Positions 20,637 to 31,973 of a stretch of 64,000 nucleotides of DNA are shown piece after piece; within the stretch, counting starts at the first letter, position 1, and each line of letters opens with the position of its first letter. The stretch spans positions 128,001 through 192,000 of the forward strand of contig CAVUHW010000015.1 in the NCBI GenBank assembly GCA_963741205.1, read 5' to 3'. Position numbers and translations under genes: made by a program. The stretch comes from Nitrospirota bacterium. GTDB taxonomy: Bacteria; Nitrospirota; UBA9217. The notes beneath the pieces were generated by a model, which did no database searches, was not told the origin of the DNA, and worked only from the letters and a program-made list of their open reading frames with translations.

Positions 20637-22874
20637 ATGGAGAAGAAATTCGGCGTATATATCTGCAAGGGATGCGGCATCAAGGACGCGATGGACGTTG
20701 AGAAGGTCGCCGGCGCGGCCAAGAAGGTCCAGAACTACAAGTTCCACGACGTCCTGTGCAGCCCCGAGGGCGTTCAGCTGATAAAAGACGATATGGCGAA
20801 GGAAGGCGTGAATACGATCATCATCGCCGCCTGCTCTCCCCGCGTCAAATATCGAAGAATTCGATTTTCCCGGCGCCATCGTCGAGCGCGTCAACATCCG
20901 CGAGTTCGTGGCCTGGACCATGGAGCCGAACACGGACGCGACGAACGATGCGGCCTACGATTACCTTACCATGGGCATCGTGAAAACCCAGAAAGGCGAC
21001 CTGCCGGAGCCGAACATCCTCCCGGACCTGAACAACACGATCCTGGTGATCGGCGGCGGCATCGCCGGCATGACCGCCGCGCTCTCGGCCGCCGGGGCGG
21101 GCGAGAAGGTCGTTCTCGTCGAGAAGGACGCCCAGCTCGGCGGCTTCGTGAACAAGCTCTACAAGAAGATCCCGACCGGTTCCTACTTCAATAAGCCGCT
21201 CATCGTGGACACCGACATCGACAAGACCGTGGCCGAGGTCGAGACCAACCCGAACATCAAGGTCTACAAGTCAACGACCGTGACAAAGACCGACGGTCAG
21301 CCCGGCCTCTACGACGTGACGCTCTCGAACGGCGAGACCATGAAGATCGGGGCCATCGTCATGGCCTCTGGCTGGAAGCCCTACGACGCGACCAAGCTCG
21401 ATTACCTGGGCTACGGCAAGTTCAAGAACGTCGTCACGAACCTCGAGCTCGAGGAGATCGCCAGGAAGAACAACGGGAAGCTCCTTCGTCCCTCGGACGG
21501 AAAGCCGGCCCTCAAGGTCGCCTTTATCCAGTGCGCGGGCCAGCGCGATCCGAACCATCTTCCCTACTGCTCGTCCATGTGCTGCGCCACGTCGCTCAAG
21601 CAGGCCCAGTATGTCCGGCAGAACGAGGACGCCCTTGCCATGATCTTCTACAAGGACATCAGGACGCCGGGCAGGACCGAGCTTTATTACAAAGAGGCCC
21701 AGAACAATCCCGGCGTGATGCTCACCAAGGCGGACGTGACCGGCGTGTCCGACGCGGGGAACGGCAACATGTTCGTTGAGATGGAGAACACCCTTTTCGG
21801 CCTGAAGACCGGCGAGAAGGTCAAGGTGGAGGCGGACCTCGTGGTCCTTGCCACGGGCATGGTCCCGACCACGCGCTGGCCCCAGGAATACGCTGACGGC
21901 CTGACCAAGGCGGCGGGTCGGCGGCGACGAAGCCAAAAAGAATTACCTCGAGCAGACGCCCAAGCCGGATTACATCCTGAACCTCGGCTATCGCCAGGGA
22001 CCGGAAATCCCGACCCTCGAAGGGGCGTCAGGTTTCGCCGACTCGAACTTCATCTGCTTCCAGTATGAGACGCGCCGGACCGGCATCTACGCCGCAGGCG
22101 GCGTGCACCAGCCCATGAACATGGCCGAGGCGCAGGAGGACGGGGCCGGCGCGGCGTTCAAGGCCATCCAGGCCATGGACCACGTGGCGCGCGGCGTCGC
22201 GGTCCATCCCCGCGCCTGGGACGTCACGTTCCCCGATCCGATGCTCATCAAATGCACGGCCTGCAAGCGCTGCACGGAAGAGTGCCCCTTCGGCGCCATC
22301 GACGAGGACGAGAAGGGCATCCCCAAGTACAACCTCAACCGGTGCCGCCGGTGCGGCACCTGCATGGGCGCCTGCCCCGAGCGCATCGTGTCCTTCAAGG
22401 ACTACAGCGTGGACATCGTCGGCTCCATGCTCAAGTCGATCGAATACTCCGATGATGAGGACAAGTCCGACGATCATCTGCCTCGTCTGCGAGAACGACT
22501 CCTACCCGGCGCTCGACACGGCGGCCATTGCCGGAAAGAAGATCGATCCGGCATTCCGGTTCATTTCCATGCGCTGCCTGGGCGGCATGAACCTAGTGTG
22601 GGTTGCCGACGCGCTGTCCAAGGGCGCCGACGGCATGCTGCTTCTCGGCTGCAAGTTCGGCGAGAACTATCAGTGCCACTTCGTCAAGGGCAGCGAACTT
22701 GCGAACACCCGCTTCAGCAAGGTCAGCGAGACCTTGAACCGGCTCCAGCTCGAATCCGAGCGCGTCCAGCTGATGCAGATCGCCATCAACGAGTACGATA
22801 AACTGCCGGACATGCTCAATGAGTTTGCTGCCAGGATCAAAGAGATCGGACCGAATCCGTTCAGGACCATGTAA
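20637..22874 (+). CDS. qmoB: QmoB (HdrA-like with ferredoxin and MvhD domains); frameshifts ~20850, 21917, 22455
   Basis: GVYICKGC, AACSPR, QCAGQRDPNHLPYCSSMCC, CTACKRCTEECP, CENDSYP, GCKFGENYQCHF. Confidence 0.92.
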
Positions 22875-22950
22875 ACAGAATGCGGATTGCGGAGTGCGGA
22901 ATTAGAAGAAATAAAATCACTCCTAACACTGTAATTGGAGGATGAGATAT

Positions 22951-24131
22951 ATGTCAGAAGCAACGGTTATCAAACCTGACTTGCAGTTCGTGAACGAGAT
23001 CATCAAGGGCGGCGGCGAGTCGCTGAAGAAGTGCTACCAGTGCGCCACCTGCTCGGTGGTCTGCAACGTGACCCCCGAGGGGAACCCCTTCCCGCGCAAG
23101 GAGATGGTCCTCGCCCAGTGGGGCCAGAAGGACAAGCTCATCACGAGCGCCGACGTGTGGCTCTGCCACCAGTGCAGCGACTGCACGGCCTACTGCCCGC
23201 GCGGCGCCAAGCCCGGCGAAGTGCTGAACGCCATCAGGAAGCAGAGCATCAAGCACGTGGCGATGATGCCCTTCTTCGCGAAGATCGCGACCGGACGCGA
23301 AGCTCCTGCCGATCCTCTTCGCCATCCCCATGGCGCTTTTCTACGTCATCCTGATGGTGCTCGGGAACTACGGACATTACGAACATCCCAAGGGCGGAAG
23401 GCGGCATCATGGCCTACCACAAGTTCGTTCCCGTGCCGGTGATCGACACTGTGTTCATCCTGACGGCGATCTTCGCCGCCGTGTCGGCCTTCGTGGGGAT
23501 CAAGCGCCTCTGGAACGGCATGAAGGCCCAGGCTGGCCTCGATGCCGTCCAGCGGCAGTCTCGTCGGGAGACATCATCGCCTCCGTCACCCAGATCCTGG
23601 CCCATTCGAAGTTCGCCGACTGCAACGTGAACCGGACGCGTCAGTGGGGCCACATGCTCCTCTTCTACGCCTTTGCCGGGCTTGCGGTCGTCACGACCTG
23701 GGCGATCATCTACCTCTATGGCTTTGAACTCCTCGGCATTCAGCCGTTCGGGCCCTTCCATTTCGGAGAATCGCCGTACCCGAACAGCGATCCCGTGAAG
23801 ATCCTTGCCCTCGCGAGTTCCATCGCCTTCGCCGCCGGCGTCGTGATCCTCCTCATGAACCGGTTTGCCCAGGCCGGAAAGGCGGGCATGGGTTCCTATT
23901 TCGACTGGATCTTCCTCACGATCGTGATCGGCGTCGGCGCAACGGGCATGCTCGCCTGGGCGCTCCGGCTGGCCGACATGAACGCCGGCTACCTGGTGTA
24001 CTATTTCCACCTGGTGTTCATCTGGTCGCTTGTTCGCCTATGCGCCGTACTCGAAGTTCGCGCACCTGTTCTACCGCACGACCGCGATGGTGTTCGCGAA
24101 ACGCAGGTACCGGCAGCGAGTAGCGCGATGA
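22951..24131 (+). CDS. qmoC: QmoC (Fe-S plus heme b membrane subunit); about four indels, end approximate
   Basis: CYQCATCSVVC, PFPRKEM, CHQCSDCTAYCPRG, HMLLFYAF, YYFHLV, PYSKFAH. Confidence 0.9.
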
Positions 24132-24180
24132 AGAAGCTAAAAGACCTCGCTTTCGCACCATTATTTACGGAGTCGAAGCC

Positions 24181-24628
24181 ATGAAAGTCAAAGAACTGTT
24201 AAGCATCAAGGGAATTGAGTGCTTCAGCATCACGAGCGACCAGTCGCTGCTCGACGCGGCAAAGCAGATGACGGAGTGCAACATCGGCGCGCTCCTGGTC
24301 ATGGACCGGGGATCTCTCGTCGGCATCATCACCGAGCGCGACATCGTCAAGAACACCGCGAATGAAGCGACGCAGTGCAGGGACGTGAAGATCAAGGACG
24401 TCATGAGCACGAACCTGCTGGTGGTCAAGCCCGGCGACGACCTCGATTACGTCATGGCCATCATGATCCAGAACAACATCCGCCATACGCCGGTCATCGA
24501 GGAGAGCGGGCTGGTCGGGCCTTCTTTCCATGCGGGATGTGGTCCGGGTGCTGGTAAAGAACCTGAAGGCCGAAAACCATTACCTGAAAGACATGATCGG
24601 CGGCAAGTTCGGCGAAGTGGGCGATTAA
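24181..24628 (+). CDS. Stand-alone tandem CBS-domain protein; frameshift ~24519
   Basis: NIGALLV...GIITERDI, IRHTPV...GLLSMRDVV; TAA 24626-24628 in corrected frame. Confidence 0.85.
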
Positions 24629-24796
24629 GGACGCGGCGTTTCTAAAACGTTCACGGAGGGAGGGATGCCGGGAGGAAGGACGACAGGCTGTCATGTAGCA
24701 GTGCCTGCCTCATCGCGTTCAAGCGATGACCGGGAATCATTAAATCTGAGAGACGTTATTTTCTTATAGAATCTTAATTTAAAAGGAGGAGCAATA

Positions 24797-26878
24797 ATGA
24801 GTAACACGATTCTTTTTGCCCTGGTATGCGGCGTTGCCGGCGTCATCTACGGCATCATAACCGCGATCTGGGTGAACAAGCAGGATGCAGGCAATCAGAA
24901 AATGATCGACATTTCCAACGCAGTGAAGGAAGGCGCTAATGCGTTCCTGGCGCGCGAGTACAAGACAGTTGCAATGGTTGCAGTTGATTCTGGTCCTTAT
25001 CCTGGCGTTCGTTCCCGCCCTCGGTATGTGGGCAGCCGCCGGATTTATCATCGGTACCGTGGGTTCCGCCCTTGCCGGCTTCATCGGCATGTGGGTGTCG
25101 CTCCGTGCCAACGTTCGTACGGCAGCGGCAGCGAGCAAAGGCCTCCAGGCCGCGCTCAGCCTTGCGTTCAAGGGCGGCTCCGTGACCGGCATCATGGTCG
25201 TGGGCCTCGGCATCATCGGCCTTGCAGGTTTTTACCTCATCGCCAAAACGTTTGCTCCGGCTGAGCAGGTATCCACCGCGCTCATCGGGCTCGGCTTCGG
25301 CTGCTCGCTCATGAGCGTGTTCGCCCGTATCGCGGGCGGCATCTACACCAAGGCCGCTGACGTGGGCGCCGACCTCGTGGGTAAGGTTGAGAAGAACATC
25401 CCCGAAGACGATCCGCGCAACCCGGCCGTGATCGCCGACAACGTGGGCGACAACGTGGGCGACTGTGCCGGTATGGCCGCCGACCTCTATGAGACCTACA
25501 CGGTGACCCTCGTGGCCGCCATGCTCCTCGCCAAGACCGTGTTCGGCGCAAGCAGCCCCTGGATCGAGTTCCCGCTCATGCTCGGCGGCGTTTCGATCAT
25601 CGCTTCCATCGTGGGCACCTACTTCGTAAGACTCGGCAAGAACAACTACATCATGGGCGCCCTGTACAAGGGCCTTGCCGTTGCAGGCGTTATCGCGGCA
25701 GTTGCGTTCTACTTCGTGGCCAAGAGCTTCATCGACGGCCTCGGCGCCAATGCCGGCGTATTCACGGCGAACACCGTGTTCTTCATCTCCCTCATCGGCC
25801 TTGCCCTCACCGGCCTGATCGTGTGGATCACCGAGTATTTCACCGCTAAAGAGTATTCCCCGGTGCAGCACATTGCACAGGCGAGCCTGACCGGCCACGG
25901 CACGAACGTGATCGCCGGACTCGCAGTCAGCATGAAGTCCACCTCAGCGCCGGTGCTCGTGATCGTTGCCTCGATCCTCGGCGCTTACTGGCTTGGCGGC
26001 GGATTCTCCGGCCAGGCGAACGCAGCATCCGGCGGCATCTTTGCCATCGCGCTGGCAGCGGTGTCCATGCTCTCCATGACCGGTATCGTTGTGGCCATCG
26101 ACTCCTACGGCCCGATCACGGACAATGCGGGCGGCGTCGCTGAAATGGCCGGGCTCCCGAAAGAGATCCGCGATATCACGGATCCCCTCGATGCGGTCGG
26201 CAACACCACCAAGGCAGTGACCAAGGGCTATGCCATCGGCTCCGCGGCCCTTGCCGCTTTGGTGCTGTTCTCGGAATATTCACGCTCCTTCGGCACAACG
26301 ATCCTGTTCGACCTTTCGAACCCCATGGTTCTTTGCGGCCTGTTCATCGGCGGCCTGCTCCCCTACTACTTCGGCGCGCTCCTTATGGAGTCCGTGGCTA
26401 AGGCAGCAGGCGGCGTGGTGGAGGAAGTTCGCAGACAGTTCCGCGAGATCAAGGGCATCATGGAAGGCACCGGCAAGCCGGAGTACGGCAAGTGCGTTGA
26501 CATCGTGACCAAGAGCGCCATCCATGAGATGATGCTCCCGGCGCTCCTTCCGGTGGTCGTACCGGTCGCTGGTGGGTCTCCTCCTGGGCAAAGAAGCCCT
26601 GGGCGGCGTGCTCATCGGCGCCATTGTGACCGGTCTGTTCCAGGCCATCGCCATGACCTCCGGCGGCGGCGCATGGGACAATGCCAAGAAGTCCTTTGAA
26701 GACGGCGTCACGGACAGCAAGGGCGTCGTGCACAAGAAGGGCAGCGACGGCCACAAGGCCTCGGTAACCGGCGACACGGTCGGCGATCCTTACAAGGATA
26801 CCGCGGGCCCGGCCATCAACCCGATGATCAAGGTCATCAACATCGTTGCGCTTCTGATCGTTCCGTTGATCAAGTTAA
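24797..26878 (+). CDS. hppA: Membrane-bound H+-translocating pyrophosphatase, K+-independent type; frameshifts ~24987, 26570
   Basis: [45 protein letters not shown] (Lys = K+-independent), [14 protein letters not shown]. Confidence 0.95.
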
Positions 26879-26901
26879 TACGCAGCATATCGTATACCAG
26901 C

Positions 26902-26935
26902 AAGGCTGCCCCACTCGATGGGGCAGCCTTTTTTT
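26902..26935 (+). terminator. Intrinsic terminator after hppA
   Basis: aaggctgcccca-ctcga-tggggcagcctt plus U-tract. Confidence 0.85.
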
Positions 26936-26998
26936 ATCGCTGCCGCGCCGCATTCGCTGCTTGAAATTTAAGCGTAAAGTGGTATTATTCACAGGTTT

Positions 26999-27493
26999 AT
27001 GCGCGATGTTGAGGTATTAATCAAGGCCGGTTGCTCCCCTGATGTCGTGGCCCACTGCAGATGGTTTCCCGCACGGCGTTATCGATTGCCGAACGTATGA
27101 CGGTTTCGGTCGACCGGGAACTGGTACGGTTGGGCGGCCTCTTCCACGACATCGGCAGGTCGAGGACGCACGGGATCGAACATGCTGTGGCAGGGGCGGA
27201 GATCGCACGGAGTCTCGGCTTTTCAGACGGCGCTCGTCAATATCATCGAACGTCACATCGGAGCAGGCATAACCGCCGCAGAGGCAGAGCGGCTCGGGCT
27301 TCCCAAAAAGGATTATCTGCCGCTGACACCGGAGGAGAAAGATCGTGTCCTACGCCGATAATCTGTCAGCGGGGTGCGGGAAATGCCGTTTTATGAAGCG
27401 CTCGACCGGTTCAAGGACATCCTCGGACCGGACCATGAAGGCGTCGAGCTTTTCATAAAGCAGCATCATGAGATACAGGGGTGGATGAAGTGA
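26999..27493 (+). CDS. HDIG-domain metal-dependent phosphohydrolase (TIGR00295-like); several indels
   Basis: Reconstructed [69 protein letters not shown]. Confidence 0.8.
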
Positions 27494-27570
27494 ACCAATA
27501 TTCGGCATTGCGGAATGCGGAATAAAAGACGAGGAATAAGACAAAGCAATAAGGATCAGAAGAGGATGTC

Positions 27571-28541
27571 ATGAAAGACAAAAAGACAAAATGGTAGCGG
27601 AAGATTTTATGTCGAACCGCTCAAAAAAAGCAGCTCCGACAAGGTCGTGCCCGTGAAACTGACGGAGAACAGCAGGTTCAAATTCCGCTGCCACAAGGGG
27701 GTCAGGTGTTTTACCGCCTGCTGCAGCAACATCAACATCGTGCTGCCGCCCTACGACCTGCTGCGCCTCAGGAAGACGGCTCGGCATGACGCTCCGAGGA
27801 CTTCATCAACGAATACTGCGAGATCGAGATCCTTGCCAAGACCCTGCTGCCGGTGATCACGCTCAGGATGCGGGACGACGAGAAAAAGAGTTGCCCCTTC
27901 CTGACGCCCGACGGCTGTACGGTATACGAGGACCGTCCGAACATCTGCCGGTATTATCCCGTGGGCATGGCGACCTTGAGAAAGAAGGACGCGGAGGGCG
28001 GCAAGGACGAGTTCTACTTCATGACCAAGGAGGACCACTGCAAGGGTTTCGAGGAGGACAAGGAGTGGACCATCGACGAGTGGCGCAAGGACCAGGAGGC
28101 GGACCTGCTACGATGAAATGAACCGCGGCTGGATGGACATCCTGATCAAGAAGAAGTCCTTCGGCGAGAAGGAGTTTCCGGACATCAAGAACCAGATGTT
28201 CTTCATGGTCAGCACGAACACCGACTATTTCCGCGAGTTCGTTTTCGGAAGCAGCTTCCTTGAGACCTACGACATCCCTGCCGGAGCGGATCGAGAAGGT
28301 GCGGACAGACGATGCGGAACTCCTGAAGCTTGCCTACGAGTGGCTCCGGTCGTCGATGTTCGCGGAGGAGACCCTGAAGTTCCGGGAAGGGGTCCTCGAG
28401 GCGCGCAAGGACCGGGCCGATGCAACCATGAGGAAGGTGTACGGGAAGAAAGAGAAGGGGCAGATCGGAGATATGATTGGACGTCAGGAAGTGTCACGCC
28501 CCTATGTGCCATCTTGCAACATTAAGCTCATTTCATCATAG
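27571..28541 (+). CDS. YkgJ-family cysteine-cluster protein; several indels, ends approximate
   Basis: FRCHKGVRCFTACC, LPPYD, CPFL...GCTVYEDRPNICRYYPVG, HCKGF. Confidence 0.8.
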
Positions 28542-29261
28542 ATCGCATTGCCTATCGTAATGCCCTGATCGATAAATTCCGGGCCGTATCGCTTGCCGGT
28601 ATCGGTCCGGAACGTTTCCTTGATTTTTTCGATGCCTTTCATTTTTTCCTTAAAGATCCGGTGAAGCGCTTCCGGACGGCGTGTTGTGCGCATCCACCAT
28701 GAGCCAGAGCGTGGTTGTGAAATTCTCCGGCCCCCACCTGAACTTGTCGGCATCGTAGAGCGCGTCGCTCACGAGCTGTCCCGCCGCGTCGTCGCGATCA
28801 AACGTTTCCTGAAACGCTTCATGGTTCCTGATGGCATCCGCGATGTACTGCCGGTCCCGGAGACCCATGCCAAGACTCGCCAGAATTTTTTCCGCTTCGA
28901 TGCTGCCCCGCACCGCGTGGTCCTGCTCTTTTCGCTTGATGTCGTGGAGCAGTCCGGCGATGATCGCCGCCGTGAAAAGGGTATCGACGTCCGAATTCAC
29001 GAGCCCGTTTTCCCGCGCTTCAATGAGGACGATGGCCCCCGCGTCGCGCGCAACCGATTCGCAGTGGCAGAGACCGTGAGCGCATTCCAGTTCAGACGCG
29101 TCAAGGTGCTCCCTGCACCTGCTGACGGTCTCGTTCGACAGGAGCGTTTCATTTGCACGGCGTACGGCGGCTTCATGCCTTTCGTAGAACGGTGGTTTCG
29201 GCAGGGTACCCGCGACCCGGTGCGCCGTGGCGCGCAGTTTTTGATAGAGCGGCAGGCTCAT
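28502..29261 (-). CDS. HD-domain phosphohydrolase; frameshift ~28677
   Basis: HGLCH, AGLLHDIKR, IRNHEAF, LYDADKFRWGPENF. Confidence 0.85.
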
Positions 29262-29391
29262 GGGCATCTATATTAGACGTTCTCCACGAACCTTGTCAAG
29301 ACGAGTTTTTTGACCATATCTTCAGATTGACAGGTCTTCGCTACATAGGGTAATATGGCCGTACTTTTTCGGGTTTTGAAAGGAGTCTTCC

Positions 29392-30964
29392 GTGTCCGAC
29401 ATCCACAGCGAACGAATATTGATTCTCGACTTCGGGTCCCAGTATACCCAGCTCATCGCTCGGCGCGTGCGCGAGTCAAAGGTCTACTGCGAAATCTATC
29501 CTTACAACGCCGGGCTCGATAAGATCAAGGTCCTTCCGGCCGAAGGGGCTGATCCTTTCCGGCGGCCCGTCGAGCGTCTATGATCCCGGCGCGCCGCTCA
29601 TCGACAAACCGCACCTTGAACTGGGCGTACCAGTACTCGGCATCTGTTACGGCATGCAGCTTTTGACCCACGTGCTGGGAGGCGCCGTTGCCAAGTCGGC
29701 AAAGCGCGAGTACGGCAGGGCGGAGTTGAACATCGACGACTCAGCCGGTCTATTTGAAGGTCTCGGCTCCCAACCCGCAGCCCGCAACCCGCAACCCGGA
29801 ACCGTTGTCTGGATGAGCCACGGCGACCGTATCGAGAAGATGCCGGAAGGGTTCCACGCGATCGCCCACACGAATAATTCCCCGACTGCCGCAATGGCCG
29901 ATGAGAAGCGGAAGTTTTACGGCGTTCAGTTCCATCCCGAAGTCGCGCATACGCCCCAGGGCGTACAGATCCTCAGGAACTTCGTCTACACGATCTGCGG
30001 GTGCAAACCGTCGTGGACCATGGCCTCATTCGTTGACTATTCCGTCGAGGAGATACGAAAGGCCGTGGGAAGCAAACAGGCGGTGTGCGGCCTCTCGGGC
30101 GGCGTCGATTCCTCGGTCGCCGCCGTTCTCGTGCACAAGGCCATCGGCAAGCAGCTTACCTGTATCTTCGTGAACAACGGCGTGCTCAGGAAGGACGAGG
30201 CGGAGAAGGTGCAGCATTCCTTTAAAGACATGGGGCTGAACCTCAAGTACGTGGACGCCTCGCAGGAGTTTCTCACCCGCCTGAGCGGGGTCGAGGACCC
30301 TGAGAAAAAACGGAAGATCATCGGCAACACCTTCATCGAGGTCTTCGAGCGGGAAGCTCATGCCGTGGGCGGGGCCGAGTTTCTCGTCCAGGGCACGCTG
30401 TACCCGGACGTGATCGAGAGCGTCTCGTTTAAAGGTCCTTCTGCGGTCATCAAGTCCCACCACAACGTCGGAGGCCTGCCGGAAAAGATGAAGCTGAAGC
30501 TCGTGGAGCCGCTCAGGGAGCTGTTCAAGGATGAGGTCAGGGCCATCGGACGCGAGATGAAGATGCCCGACGACATCATCGACCGGCAGCCCTTCCCCGG
30601 ACCGGGTCTCGCCATCCGCATCCTGGGAGAGGTGACCGAACCGAGGCTCGCCATCCTGCGCGAGGCCGACGCCATCGTGATCGAGGAGATCAAGAAGGCG
30701 GGTTTGTACAAGCAGATCTGGCAGTCCTTTGCCGTGCTGCTCCCGATCAAGACCGTGGGCGTAATGGGCGACGAGAGGACCTATGAGAACGTCGTCGCCA
30801 TCCGCGCAGTCACGAGCCAGGACGGCATGACCGCGGACTGGGCGAAGATCCCCTATGATCTTCTGGGCGTCATGTCGAACCGGATCATCAATGAAGTAAA
30901 AGGCGTGAACCGCGTGGTCTTCGACATCTCGTCCAAGCCGCCGAGCACGATCGAGTGGGAATGA
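29392..30964 (+). CDS. guaA: GMP synthase (glutamine-hydrolysing); frameshift ~29530
   Basis: [58 protein letters not shown]. Confidence 0.97.
29771..29798 (+). repeat. Heptamer tandem repeat (caacccg) x4 inside guaA
   Basis: caacccg cagcccg caacccg caacccg, translated QPAARNPQP. Confidence 0.85.
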
Positions 30965-31058
30965 GCTAAGCAGGCGCGGAAACAGCGGGACCAGGAGACG
31001 CCTCGATCAAAAATGTTTTTACGGCACATCGCCGCGTCAGATTCTCGGCAACAAATTC

Positions 31059-31778
31059 ATGCAGGACAAGATGCAAAAGCTTAAGAGCTGTCTGAACATA
31101 GGGCTGGTCCTCCTGTCGTCGGACTTCCGCGTCATCGGCATGAACGATTATGCGAAGATGCTCCTCGCTCCGGCCATGGGGGAAGGGCTGGGAAAAAATC
31201 TTCTGGACTACCATCCCCGCAAGACCCAGGAAAAGATCAAGGGTCTCCTGCAGGAACTGAGCGAGGCCGAGGCCGACACGCCTTTTGCCATGGTCATCGA
31301 CGTGCTGAACAAGGTGCTGATGATCAACCTCTCCCGGTTCGAGATCGTCATACCTGTGCCGCGGCCCCATTGGGCCATGACCTTCATCGATGTGAGCGAA
31401 CAGACTGGCGCCGCCATGAACACGAGCAGCGGCAGAGTGGAGCTCAAAAAGTTCCCGGTCTACGACAACGGTGTTTGCCGTTTTCTCGACGCCGATTCGG
31501 TCTATTGCTTCCGGGCCGACGGTAATTATTGCAAGGTATTTACCGTTGACCGGTCCTATTACCTGCACCTGAGCTTGAAGGTCATCCTCCAGCGGTATAC
31601 AGGGCCGAACTTTTTCCGGGTCCACAAGAGCGCTGTCGTGAACCTGAAGCACGTGCGGGGAATTTCCGTGTCTTCCGACGGACAGGCCATGATCACCTTT
31701 GACCGCGAAACCATCCCGTCCGTCCCCATCGCCCGCCGTAAACTGGCCGAGTTCAAGGAGGCCCTTGCCATTCTATAG
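31059..31778 (+). CDS. rcoM: PAS-LytTR transcription factor, RcoM-like CO sensor
   Basis: PAS with DYHP and PFAMVI (RcoM His/Met heme-ligand positions), LytTR domain ADGNY...FFRVHKSAVVN...VPIARR; adjacent to cooS. Confidence 0.75.
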   Translation: MQDKMQKLKSCLNIGLVLLSSDFRVIGMNDYAKMLLAPAMGEGLGKNLLDYHPRKTQEKIKGLLQELSEAEADTPFAMVIDVLNKVLMINLSRFEIVIPVPRPHWAMTFIDVSEQTGAAMNTSSGRVELKKFPVYDNGVCRFLDADSVYCFRADGNYCKVFTVDRSYYLHLSLKVILQRYTGPNFFRVHKSAVVNLKHVRGISVSSDGQAMITFDRETIPSVPIARRKLAEFKEALAIL

Positions 31779-31779
31779 A

Positions 31780-31899
31780 CCGTTCATCACCGTCTATCTG
31801 CCGTTCGTCACGAACTGTCTAAACCCCTTGCCCGCTCATCACCATTTTTTTACCGTTTGTCAACGATTTCTTGAACCCTCTTCCCCTCCGATGTAATCT
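31780..31899 (+). promoter_or_regulatory. Four LytTR-type direct repeats and the cooS promoter
   Basis: ccgttcatcac (31780), ccgttcgtcac (31801), ccgctcatcac (31832), ccgtttgtcaa (31853); TTGAAC-N17-TAATCT at 31871-31899. Confidence 0.75.
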
Positions 31900-31973
31900 C
31901 AGTACAGGCAAAGCCCGCATTGTCGAAGAACGACGGGCTCTGCGAAAACAGGTCTCGACAGGAGGGCAAAGCT

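Noticed and set aside
19383-22874. Selenocysteine recoding in the HdrA/MvhD-like Qmo subunits
   Set aside because: Cys motifs are encoded by TGC/TGT in the reconstructed frames; the breaks are indels, not in-frame TGA.
15660-26600. Programmed ribosomal frameshifting in sat/apr/qmo/hppA
   Set aside because: No consistent slippery heptamers or stimulators at the shift sites, and too many sites.
15396-29600. Apparent pseudogenisation of the sulfate-activation operon (about 25 frameshifts)
   Set aside because: Mostly single-base duplications, with intact catalytic motifs and codon bias; guaA and uvrA are hit too. This fits long-read consensus error in a low-coverage stretch. Polishing or read inspection would settle it.
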